Assembly: GCA_041742355.1 (NCBI GenBank)
Contig: JBGSIV010000154.1
Coordinates: 1 to 13,437 of the forward strand
DNA length: 13,437 bases
Source of the DNA: Candidatus Zixiibacteriota bacterium
GTDB taxonomy: Bacteria > Zixibacteria > MSB-5A5 > GN15 > FEB-12
Direction of reading: 5' to 3'
Part shown: positions 1-7,792 of the stretch, piece by piece
Numbering within the stretch: the stretch's first letter is position 1
Layout of the letters: every line of letters begins with the position of its first letter
Translations under genes and position numbers: made by a program
The notes under the pieces: model-generated
Database searches by the model: none
The model's input: only the letters and a program-made list of their open reading frames with translations
Told to the model about the DNA's origin: nothing

Positions 1-1
1 G

Positions 2-628
2 ATCGAACGGCACCCGCTGGTTATGGCGCCGAGCGTGAGGCACCATCTGCTGGCGACACGGCATCGGACTGACTCGACCGAGGCGCAGATTTTTGTCGGC
101 ACCGGTGAAGGGTTGAAGAACTCCCGCGCAGAGTACGCCCCGATGCTTGCCGACGGCCGTCGCGCGGCGGCGATTCACGACCCCTGCGTGCGGGCTGACT
201 GGCCGAGCGACTCGGAGGCCGACATCTGGCACTTCACCGGTCATGCGTTCTTTCGGACCGACAATCCCTTCTACTCGTATTTGCAGTTGGCCGACGGCCC
301 GATGTTCGCGGCGGATTTCCGGCTGCGTCGGAATCGGGTGAATCTCGTGGTGCTGGCGGCGTGCAGGACCGGGCTGCACTCGCTGCTGCCCGGCGATGAG
401 TCGACCGGGCTGATCCGGTCGCTCCTTGAGATGGGCGCGCGCAATGTACTGGCCAGTCACTGGGCGGTTGCGGATCGGTCGACCGCTTTCTGGATTCGCC
501 AATTCTACCAGAGTGTGATGGCCGGTCAGGGGCCCGCCGGATCGGTCCAAGAGGCGGCGCGCGCCACCCGTGACCGGTTTCCTTCGACCTATGATTGGGC
601 TGGATTTTCGCTGTTCGGCGCCGGTTGA
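2..628 (+). CDS. CHAT domain (caspase-like, clan CD peptidase) protein, C-terminal part; 5'-truncated by window edge
   Basis: Frame is open from position 2 (IERHPLVMAPS...). CHAT motifs: WHFTGHA (His codon 242-244), 'NPFYSYLQLADGP', LVVLAACRTG (Cys codon 362-364), 'GLIRSLLEMGARNVLASHWAVAD' and terminal 'WAGFSLFG'. Stop TGA 626-628. Confidence 0.93.
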   Translation: MERHPLVMAPSVRHHLLATRHRTDSTEAQIFVGTGEGLKNSRAEYAPMLADGRRAAAIHDPCVRADWPSDSEADIWHFTGHAFFRTDNPFYSYLQLADGPMFAADFRLRRNRVNLVVLAACRTGLHSLLPGDESTGLIRSLLEMGARNVLASHWAVADRSTAFWIRQFYQSVMAGQGPAGSVQEAARATRDRFPSTYDWAGFSLFGAG

Positions 629-684
629 CGTCGAACGCTGAGTATATGACGTGAGTAAAGCATGTGTCCCGCATATGAACGATA

Positions 685-691
685 AAGGAGG
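685..691 (+). promoter_or_regulatory. Shine-Dalgarno site (AAGGAGG) for the S8 protease gene
   Basis: AAGGAGG lies 7 nt upstream of in-frame ATG 699. Confidence 0.75.
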
Positions 692-698
692 CGATCGT

Positions 699-3600
699 AT
701 GTTTCTGCAATGGAGCAGAGTACCCGCAAGGAGGTCCCTGCACGCAATCATGCTCCTGGTGCTGTTGGCCGGAGTGAGCGCACTGGCGGCGCCCGGGCCG
801 GGTGGAGCGAAGCAGCCGGGCAGTACCACCCCCACGCCGTACGGTGGAGCGGAAAGTCCGGACAGCAGCTACCGGCCCTATGTACCGGGTGAGGTTATCG
901 TGAAGCTGGTCGCCGATTCGATGTCGGTCGACTCGATCAACGCTCTTTACGGCACCACGGTGAAGGACTTCTTCGATCGTTTGAACATCTACATACTCAG
1001 CACGGGTGTCGCGGCTGATGTCGAGGCGCTCGTCGCGGATCTCCGGGGCCTGCCGGGTGTGGTGTTCGCTCACCCGAACTACATCGTGTCGCCGCTGCAG
1101 TCGGTACAGGGGAGCATTCCGTTCTCCGATGCCGACCGTATCGGGACTTATCCGGACCAGACGGCTGCGTTGCGGCTTCGCCTCGCCGCCGCGCATACGT
1201 ACGCGACGGGCGTCGGTGTGAAGGTCGGCGTGATCGACGGCGGGGTGAACTTCTCGCATCCCGAGCTGGCCGGAGCAGTCGTTTCGGGATGGGACTTTGT
1301 CGACAACGACGCCAACGCCTTCGATGAGCCGGGAGGAAGCAACAGCGGCCACGGATCGTTCGTCGCCGGTGTGATTCACCTCGCGGCGCCGGATGCGCAG
1401 ATTATCGCCTACCGGGTAGCGGACACGGCCGGTAAGAGCAACGGCGACATGGTGGCGGAGGCGCTCATCCAGGCGATCGACGACGGCTGTCGGGTGATCA
1501 ATCTCAGCCTGGTCATGGCGAGCGAGCACGAGGTGCTCCGGAACGCGCTCGCGTATGCGCGCGGCCAGGACGTCATGGTGATCGCGGCGGCCGGGAATGG
1601 TTCGGTCGAGGCGCCGACGTATCCGGCCTCCGATCCGAATGTGCTGGCGGTGGCCGCCGTCGATACGCTCGATCGTCTCGCCGAGTTCTCACGCTACGGC
1701 AATCACATCGACCTGTGTGCTCCGGGCGAGCGGATTTACGCGCCCTATACCGACACGTACGCCTGGTGGAGCGGGACCAGCTTTGCGGCCCCGTTCGTCG
1801 CGGGCCTGGCGTCGCTCAAACTGTCACAGTCCGGCGGGGATCTCGACTGGCGCAGCCTCCACGCCTCGTTGATTGCCACCGCCGAGAACATCAACGCGGC
1901 GAATCCGGACTACCCTGGCAAGCTGGGCGCCGGGCTGGTCAATCCGCTGGCAGCCATGGCCGATTCGGTCGGCGTCGATACCGCCTCCGTCGACCCCTAC
2001 TCGCTCGTGCTGTCGATTCCGCCGGGTGTGAATATTCAGCGGTGTTTCAACCTGTACTCCACGAATCCGAACTCGGTGTTCAACGCGACGATCCTCGGCG
2101 GCAACGTAACATTTACCTGGTCGAGCGCGGATTCAGTGCTCGGCGCCAACACGACCATGTGCTTCAGTATATCCACGGTCGGGTTAGTCGAGGGGATCTA
2201 CTCCGATACCATCCAGTTCGACATCAGCGGTGTGTCCAACAGCCCGATATGGGTTCCGATTCACCTGGTGGTCAGCGATACAGCTGTTGTCGGCTATGAC
2301 GCTTCGCTCATGCCGGCGGGTTACTCCTTCTGGTTGCCGGAAGGCTGGACGCAGATGCTGGATGCCTGCGCCTACCTTACCTCGACCAACGCCCCGGCCG
2401 GATATACGGTACGGCTGAAGGACTCCACTGCGGCGACCTTCATTGAGCTGGTTGAGCCGAGCGGCACAACGAATGACAGTGTTTGCATCCGCCTCCACCC
2501 GGCCAGCCTGGCGCCGGGGTTGTACTGCGATACGCTGGTCTACAGCGTAGACGGCGTCAGCTACGATCTCTACCAGCCGGTCTGTTTGACTATTGGCGAT
2601 CAGCCCGACTCGGCATCGGTGTTGCCGGCGTACTTTTACTTCGCCGCCCAAGCAGGCGCTCCCCCGCAGACCGGATGCGCCTACCTCTCCACGGGTCAGC
2701 CCGAGGCGTACTGGCTTGAAGTGGCCAACGGTTCTAACTGGCTGCACCTGGTCGATTCGGCAGGGATGACCAATGATTCGATCTGCTTCACGGTTGACAA
2801 TGTCTCCTCGTTTTCACCCGGGTTATTTGTCGACACCATCTTCTGCCATGTGAACGGGGTAGTGAATGTCCCGGCCATTGTCGTCACGCTCGACCTGGGC
2901 GATTCGAGTGGAACCGGTCACTCCGCGTCGGCGGTCCCGAACCACTTCAATTACACGACGGCGCCGTGGAGCGGTGGTCCGGCACAGGCAGGGACCTTTG
3001 TGCTGTCCTCCACAAACGCGCCCGCGTCCTACGCAGTCCGGAGTGCCTTCGGCTCATCGTGGCTGAGGATTGTGGATTCGATCGGGATCACGAGCGATTC
3101 CATTCGCTTCACAGTTGATGGCGCGGGTCTGGCTCCGGGGTACTACTGGGACAGCCTGGTGTGCGGCGTGTCGGGAGTGGACATGCCGGCTTCGGTCCTG
3201 GTATCGCTCACAATCCTTGGAGATTCCAGCGGCACCGGTTCGACGGCTACTGCTTCCCCGGCCTGGTTCACGTTCGTCACCGGGCCGCAGAGCGGTGCGC
3301 CGATCCAGGCGGGCTCCTTCGTGCTGTCGTCATCGAATGCTCCGGCCAATTTCTCGGCCGCGAAGCTGTTCGGATCCTCGTGGCTGCAGGTCGTCGATTC
3401 GATCGGGGTCACGAGTGACTCGGTCCGGTTCACCATCGACGCTACCGGGCTTGCGTACGGGATCTACTCCGACAGCATCAGTTGCACCGTGCAGGGCGTC
3501 GCGCAGCCGGTGCTCGTGCCGATTTTGCTGACGGTCGTAGCAGGCGAAGACACGGTGTTCACGGACACGGCCGGAACGTATCCGTCGAGTTTCTTCCTGA

Positions 3601-4781
3601 CGGCGCGGCTCTACACCGAGGCGGCCCAGATCGCGTGCATGGTGGTTTGGTCCAGCAATGCGCCTGCGCCGTTCACCGCGAGCCTGCGCCGCGGTTCGGC
3701 GTGGTTGACGCTGCTGCAGACATCGGGAATGACAAACGACTCGGTGTGCTTCAGCGTGACCGCAAGCGGTTTGTCGGCAGGCTACTATTCTGACACGATT
3801 GATTGCCATGTCGATGGCGCCACGAATGTGCCGGCGATCCCGGTGGTACTCCACGTGACGGAAGACTCTTCCGGCACCGGGGCAACGGCATCAGCCGCAC
3901 CGGCGTACATCAGTGTCGCCGTCCCGCTGGGAAGCGAGAACCAAATGTACCGCGGCTTCGTCCTCAGTTCGAGCAACGCCCCGGCCATGTATTCGGCCTA
4001 TGTGCTGAACGGCTCGGCGTGGGTATCGATCCCCGATTCGTCGGGACTGACGAATGACTCCGTAAGGATCGTGATCAACCCGGCGGCGCCGTTCTCCGGC
4101 GGGACGTATTCCGACAGCATAGTCTGCATCGTGAGTGGTGTGGTTCATCCGGTCATAGTGCCGGTGATCCTGACGCTGACGGCCGACAGCGGCGGACCAG
4201 CGACGGCGGAAGTCAATCCGTCGGTCGTGTACTACAACAGCCTCATCGGAGGCGACAACCCGGTCACGCGGTGCGCACTGGTCACCTCCTCCAGCACCCC
4301 GGCGACGTACACCGCCTGGGTGGCTGATTCGAGCAGCAGCTTTACGACGTTGTTGGGCTCGACGGGCGTGACGGGCGACAGCCTCTGCTTCTCCATAGAT
4401 CCTTCGGGCCTGTCAATCGGGGTGTATGTCGACACGGTGCACATCGGCGTAGCCGGGGTTAGCGGCTCGCTGACACTGCTGGTGCAGCTGACGGTCGACA
4501 TGCCGAAAGTGGCGGATGTCGGGAACTACCCGAATCCGTTCAACCCGGAAACGCAGATCACCTTTAGTCTCGCCGCAGCTTCGCGCGTACGCGTGTCGGT
4601 ATACAACACGCTGGGACAGCAGATAGCGGTGATACTGGAGGATTACCTGGAGGCCGGTTCGCATGCGGTGTCGTGGCGCGGCCGGGATGATGCCGGTCGT
4701 CCGGTGGCCAGCGGAGTCTACCTCTACCGTGTTGACACGGGTGGGGAGTCAGTGACGAGAAAGATGCTGCTGTTGAAGTAA
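699..4781 (+). CDS. Secreted S8 (subtilisin-like) serine peptidase with propeptide, 8 tandem Ig/BACON-like repeats and C-terminal T9SS type-A/FlgD-Ig-like domain
   Basis: ATG 699 follows AAGGAGG (ORF track starts at GTG 651). Signal peptide ...AIMLLVLLAGVSALA; propeptide 'YVPGEVIVKL...AHPNYIV'. Catalytic triad: VGVIDGGV (Asp 1236-1238), GHGSFVAG (His 1350-1352), WSGTSFAAPFVAG (Ser 1779-1781); oxyanion motif AAAGN. C-terminus GNYPNPFNPETQITF...VYNTLGQ...W.GRDDAG.PVASGVYLYR...KMLLLK. Confidence 0.93.
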   Translation: MFLQWSRVPARRSLHAIMLLVLLAGVSALAAPGPGGAKQPGSTTPTPYGGAESPDSSYRPYVPGEVIVKLVADSMSVDSINALYGTTVKDFFDRLNIYILSTGVAADVEALVADLRGLPGVVFAHPNYIVSPLQSVQGSIPFSDADRIGTYPDQTAALRLRLAAAHTYATGVGVKVGVIDGGVNFSHPELAGAVVSGWDFVDNDANAFDEPGGSNSGHGSFVAGVIHLAAPDAQIIAYRVADTAGKSNGDMVAEALIQAIDDGCRVINLSLVMASEHEVLRNALAYARGQDVMVIAAAGNGSVEAPTYPASDPNVLAVAAVDTLDRLAEFSRYGNHIDLCAPGERIYAPYTDTYAWWSGTSFAAPFVAGLASLKLSQSGGDLDWRSLHASLIATAENINAANPDYPGKLGAGLVNPLAAMADSVGVDTASVDPYSLVLSIPPGVNIQRCFNLYSTNPNSVFNATILGGNVTFTWSSADSVLGANTTMCFSISTVGLVEGIYSDTIQFDISGVSNSPIWVPIHLVVSDTAVVGYDASLMPAGYSFWLPEGWTQMLDACAYLTSTNAPAGYTVRLKDSTAATFIELVEPSGTTNDSVCIRLHPASLAPGLYCDTLVYSVDGVSYDLYQPVCLTIGDQPDSASVLPAYFYFAAQAGAPPQTGCAYLSTGQPEAYWLEVANGSNWLHLVDSAGMTNDSICFTVDNVSSFSPGLFVDTIFCHVNGVVNVPAIVVTLDLGDSSGTGHSASAVPNHFNYTTAPWSGGPAQAGTFVLSSTNAPASYAVRSAFGSSWLRIVDSIGITSDSIRFTVDGAGLAPGYYWDSLVCGVSGVDMPASVLVSLTILGDSSGTGSTATASPAWFTFVTGPQSGAPIQAGSFVLSSSNAPANFSAAKLFGSSWLQVVDSIGVTSDSVRFTIDATGLAYGIYSDSISCTVQGVAQPVLVPILLTVVAGEDTVFTDTAGTYPSSFFLTARLYTEAAQIACMVVWSSNAPAPFTASLRRGSAWLTLLQTSGMTNDSVCFSVTASGLSAGYYSDTIDCHVDGATNVPAIPVVLHVTEDSSGTGATASAAPAYISVAVPLGSENQMYRGFVLSSSNAPAMYSAYVLNGSAWVSIPDSSGLTNDSVRIVINPAAPFSGGTYSDSIVCIVSGVVHPVIVPVILTLTADSGGPATAEVNPSVVYYNSLIGGDNPVTRCALVTSSSTPATYTAWVADSSSSFTTLLGSTGVTGDSLCFSIDPSGLSIGVYVDTVHIGVAGVSGSLTLLVQLTVDMPKVADVGNYPNPFNPETQITFSLAAASRVRVSVYNTLGQQIAVILEDYLEAGSHAVSWRGRDDAGRPVASGVYLYRVDTGGESVTRKMLLLK
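1977..4499 (+). repeat. Eight tandem ~105-aa beta-rich repeats (BACON/Ig-like) within the S8 protein
   Basis: Units begin at about 1977, 2301, 2607, 2919, 3240, 3564, 3882 and 4200. Consensus ASxxPxxF...LSSxNAPAxY...GSxWL...SGxTNDSVxFTV..xGLxxGxYxDTIxxxVxGV...VPVxLTV. The BACON assignment is by resemblance only. Confidence 0.8.
4521..4778 (+). other. C-terminal secretion-associated domain (T9SS type A sorting / FlgD Ig-like)
   Basis: NYPNPFNP start, VYNxLGQ, WxGRDxxGxxVASGVYLYR and terminal KMLLLK. Confidence 0.85.
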
Positions 4782-4826
4782 CCTCTGCCCCGGCGCGTTG
4801 AATCGCGCGGCAAGGAGTACGTTGAC

Positions 4827-4862
4827 CCGCCGGCGTCATCACGACGCCGGCGGTATTCTTTT
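4827..4862 (+). terminator. Rho-independent terminator after the S8 gene
   Basis: Perfect 11-bp stem CCGCCGGCGTC-atcac-GACGCCGGCGG (4827-4853) followed by TATTCTTTT. Confidence 0.8.
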
Positions 4863-5057
4863 GCGGTGCGCACCCGAGGAGGGGTGGGCTGTTCAGCCGC
4901 CAGAGTCCTTAGCGAATTCGGTTCTTTCCTCTCAAGCGATTGTAATATCAAGTCTTAGGTCTTTCCGGCAAGTGATGGCGGCGCTTCGCTGTTCGCAGGC
5001 CGGAGGGGCGAATCATCCATCTCGGATACTGCTCTCCAATTATCCACAACAAAAGCA

Positions 5058-5086
5058 TTGACAAATTCGGGCCTGACCTATACTTT
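5058..5086 (+). promoter_or_regulatory. Sigma70-type promoter of the glucan operon
   Basis: Perfect -35 TTGACA (5058-5063). -10 is TACTTT at 5081-5086 (17-bp spacer) or TATACT at 5079-5084 (15-bp spacer). Sits in an AT-rich patch about 100 bp upstream of the first gene. Confidence 0.75.
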
Positions 5087-5106
5087 GTTCGTAAAGCGAA
5101 CAAAGT
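5082..5106. promoter_or_regulatory. 25-bp palindromic operator, probably bound by the ROK-family repressor
   Basis: ACTTTGTTCG-taaag-CGAACAAAGT with perfect 10-bp arms overlapping the -10 and predicted TSS. Resembles TTTGTT...AACAAA XylR-type ROK operators; a ROK gene lies in the same gene run. Confidence 0.72.
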
Positions 5107-5181
5107 CCCGAGCTGTCCGGGATACTGATCGGGCAGCTGGACTCGCCCCCACAACAGGAGACCTCGATCAGGAGGATTATG

Positions 5182-7617
5182 ATGCTCGTCAGACGTTGGT
5201 TCCGCATCCTCACTCTGGTGATGCTCTCTGGCGCCTTGGGCGTGGCCGGCTGCAGCCGCGACCATGGAACGGCCCCGGCTCAATTTCCGACCGAAGGCGA
5301 TGTATTTCTCGATCAATTCGGCAGCGGCGTGACCTTTCAGGCATTTCTCGGCTCGAAGCTGGATGCTGTTGATATCGACCTGACGCAGACCCAGGCGGGG
5401 ACGGCTTCGCTCAATGTGATCGTTCCGGACTCCGGCGATCCGTCCGGCAGTTACGCCGGAGGGGCCTTCACCACCACTATTGGTCGTAACCTTTCCGGCT
5501 TCGATGCGCTGACATTCTGGGCCAAGGCAAGTCGCACTGTAACCCTGAATGTGGTCGGGATCGGCAACGACAACACGGGAACGTCCACGTACACGGCTGA
5601 GATGAATAATCTTGAGCTCACCACGACCTGGACGAAGTTCGTGCTTCCAATACCGTTGCCGGAGAAGCTGACGGCTGAGCAGGGCATGTTCTATTTTGCC
5701 GAAGGCCCCGAGGGCGGCGCCGGTTGCCAGATCTGGTTTGACGAGATTAAATACGAGGCGCTCGGAACGGTCACCAGTCCTTCCGCCGACCTGGGTACAT
5801 CGTCGCGCACGCTTGAGGTCGGCGAGGTTGACACGCTCGGCTATGTCGACGTGAGTCTTAATGTCAACGGTCTTCCGCACGAGCTGCGGGCCATGCCGGG
5901 CTACCTGACGTTCACCTCCTCCAATACCAGTGCCGTTACGGCCGGGGATTTTGGCGTGATCACCGGTGTTGGCCAGGGGGCCGCTGAGCTGACGGCCAAA
6001 CTCGGGGCTGTGGACGCCTCCGGTTCAATCAGCGTGACGGTCAGCGCGGCGGATGCCGCTCCCACTGTGGCCGCTCCGACGCCGACAGCAGCGGCGGCCG
6101 ATGTGATTTCTCTGTATAGCGATGCTTACACCGATGTCGCGGTCACCACCTGGTCGGCTGAATGGGACATGGCTGATGTCTCCGACGAAACGGTTGCTTC
6201 TGATAATGTGAAGAAGTACAGCAACCTGGCATTCGCTGGTATCGAGTTCACCACCCCGACAATTGATGCGTCCGCCATGACCAGGTTCCACCTGGACATC
6301 TGGACGCCCAACTCGACGGCAGCTCCGGCCGAGTTCAAGATCAAGCTGGTTGATTTCGGCGCCAACGGGGTTTTCGGCGGCGGTGATGACAAGGAGCAGG
6401 AGATCTCGTTTTCCGCCACCACCGCTCCGGCGCTCGCCACCGGCACCTGGGTCTCTATTGATCTGCCGTTGGTTTCGTTCTCCGGACTGACGACCCGCGC
6501 GCATCTGGCGCAGCTGATACTTTCGAGTGACCAGCTGTCGACCATATATATCGACAATATCTATTTCTACGATGCCGGGGAGCCGACAGTGCCGACGATC
6601 CCGGCTCCGATACCGACCGAGAATGCCAGCGACGTGATATCGCTCCTGAGCAGCATCTACACCAATGTTCCCGTTGACACCTGGTCGGCTGTCTGGGATG
6701 CCGCCGACGTGGCGAATTTCACGATCGGCACTGATAGCATGAAGCAGTACACCAACTTTAACTACGCCGGCATAGAGTTCCGCACCAGCCCGATCAACGC
6801 GAACACGATGACGCACTTCCACATGGATCTCTGGACGCCTGATCCGACCGGCTCACCGGTCGTTTTCAAAGTCAAGCTGGTCGATTTCGGCGCCGACGGG
6901 GCGCTGGGCGGCGGCGACGACCTCTATGACGAGCTCTCTTTTGATCACACTATCATGCGAACGGGCGTGTGGGTGAGTATCGACGTTCCGCTGTCGAGTT
7001 TTGTCGATCTGCTCACAAAGGACCATTTGGGTCAACTGGTGCTCACTGCGCCCAGCTTGAACACCGTATTCATCGACAACATTTACTTCTATGATTCGGG
7101 CCTTCCCACGGCTCCGACGACGCCCGCTCCAGCGCCGTCACAGCCGGCAGCCGACGTCGTTTCGCTGTACAGCGATGTCTACACCGACGTGGCGATCGAC
7201 ACCTGGTCGGCACCCTGGGACAGTGCCGACGTGGCCACCTACATGGTCGGATCGGACAGCACCAAGAGATACAGCAACCTGCTCTTTGCCGGTATCGAGT
7301 TCAAGAACACGACTATCGATGCATCGACGATGACCCACTTCCACATGGACCTGTGGACACCGGACCCGACCGACGCCCCGGCGATCTTCAAAATCAAGCT
7401 GGTCGATTTCGGGGCCGATGGCGCCTGGAGCGGCGGCGACGATGTCGAGCACGAACTGACGCTTGATGAAAGCACGATGAACACCGGCACGTGGGTGGCG
7501 ATTGATCTGCCCCTCGGCAACTTCACCAATCTTACGACTCGAGCACACCTGGCTCAACTGATCATCTCGGGGGATCCAAACACGGTATATATCGACAATG
7601 TGTATTTCCACAAGTGA
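5182..7617 (+). CDS. Surface glycan-binding lipoprotein: galactose-binding-like/CBM domain + Ig-like (Big_2) + 3 tandem CBM-like repeats; no catalytic domain seen
   Basis: AGGAGG at 5170-5175 favours ATG 5182 (alternative ATG 5179). Lipobox GVAG/C (Cys 5251-5253). Domain 'FTTTIGRNLSGFDALTFWAKAS...LTTTWTKFVLPIP...IWFDEIKYE'; Big_2-like 'TFTSSNTSAVT..G.ITGVGQGAAELTA'; three ~170-aa repeats at about 6058, 6583 and 7105. Confidence 0.85.
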   Translation: MLVRRWFRILTLVMLSGALGVAGCSRDHGTAPAQFPTEGDVFLDQFGSGVTFQAFLGSKLDAVDIDLTQTQAGTASLNVIVPDSGDPSGSYAGGAFTTTIGRNLSGFDALTFWAKASRTVTLNVVGIGNDNTGTSTYTAEMNNLELTTTWTKFVLPIPLPEKLTAEQGMFYFAEGPEGGAGCQIWFDEIKYEALGTVTSPSADLGTSSRTLEVGEVDTLGYVDVSLNVNGLPHELRAMPGYLTFTSSNTSAVTAGDFGVITGVGQGAAELTAKLGAVDASGSISVTVSAADAAPTVAAPTPTAAAADVISLYSDAYTDVAVTTWSAEWDMADVSDETVASDNVKKYSNLAFAGIEFTTPTIDASAMTRFHLDIWTPNSTAAPAEFKIKLVDFGANGVFGGGDDKEQEISFSATTAPALATGTWVSIDLPLVSFSGLTTRAHLAQLILSSDQLSTIYIDNIYFYDAGEPTVPTIPAPIPTENASDVISLLSSIYTNVPVDTWSAVWDAADVANFTIGTDSMKQYTNFNYAGIEFRTSPINANTMTHFHMDLWTPDPTGSPVVFKVKLVDFGADGALGGGDDLYDELSFDHTIMRTGVWVSIDVPLSSFVDLLTKDHLGQLVLTAPSLNTVFIDNIYFYDSGLPTAPTTPAPAPSQPAADVVSLYSDVYTDVAIDTWSAPWDSADVATYMVGSDSTKRYSNLLFAGIEFKNTTIDASTMTHFHMDLWTPDPTDAPAIFKIKLVDFGADGAWSGGDDVEHELTLDESTMNTGTWVAIDLPLGNFTNLTTRAHLAQLIISGDPNTVYIDNVYFHK

Positions 7618-7792
7618 CGCAAGGGACAGCGATGCCGGAGGAGGTGTGAATGAAGGATCCTTGTATTGAAGCAATCTGACGAAATGAGACGGACAGAACG
7701 GTCAAACTGATTCCCAATCTGACCGACCCAGGAATATTTGATCAAGAGACAGATACGGTAGTTCATGAAGCAATCGGAAAGAGAGTAATGGC

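Noticed and set aside
234..1529. 431-aa minus-strand ORF
   Set aside because: Antisense shadow of the CHAT and S8 genes in GC-rich DNA; no recognisable motifs.
1977..4499. S8 repeats as cohesins (a scaffoldin for the neighbouring dockerin proteins)
   Set aside because: Units are ~105 aa with a BACON-like pattern (SWL, GLxxGxYxDTI), shorter than typical cohesins, and the gene is separated from the glucan operon by a terminator and a new promoter. Only a structure prediction could revive the idea.
4933..4958. AT-rich loosely symmetric motif CAAGCGATTGTAATATCAAGTCTTAG as a recombination/att-like site
   Set aside because: Symmetry is weak, it is a single copy, and no integrase or tRNA is nearby.
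4798..5372. Short ORFs 4798-5061, 4724-4951 and 5058-5372
   Set aside because: They overlap the terminator, promoter, operator or the lipoprotein gene, and show no coding-like features or motifs.
7677..7679. Selenocysteine recoding of the mini-ORF TGA
   Set aside because: No convincing SECIS-like hairpin immediately downstream and no redox-motif context.
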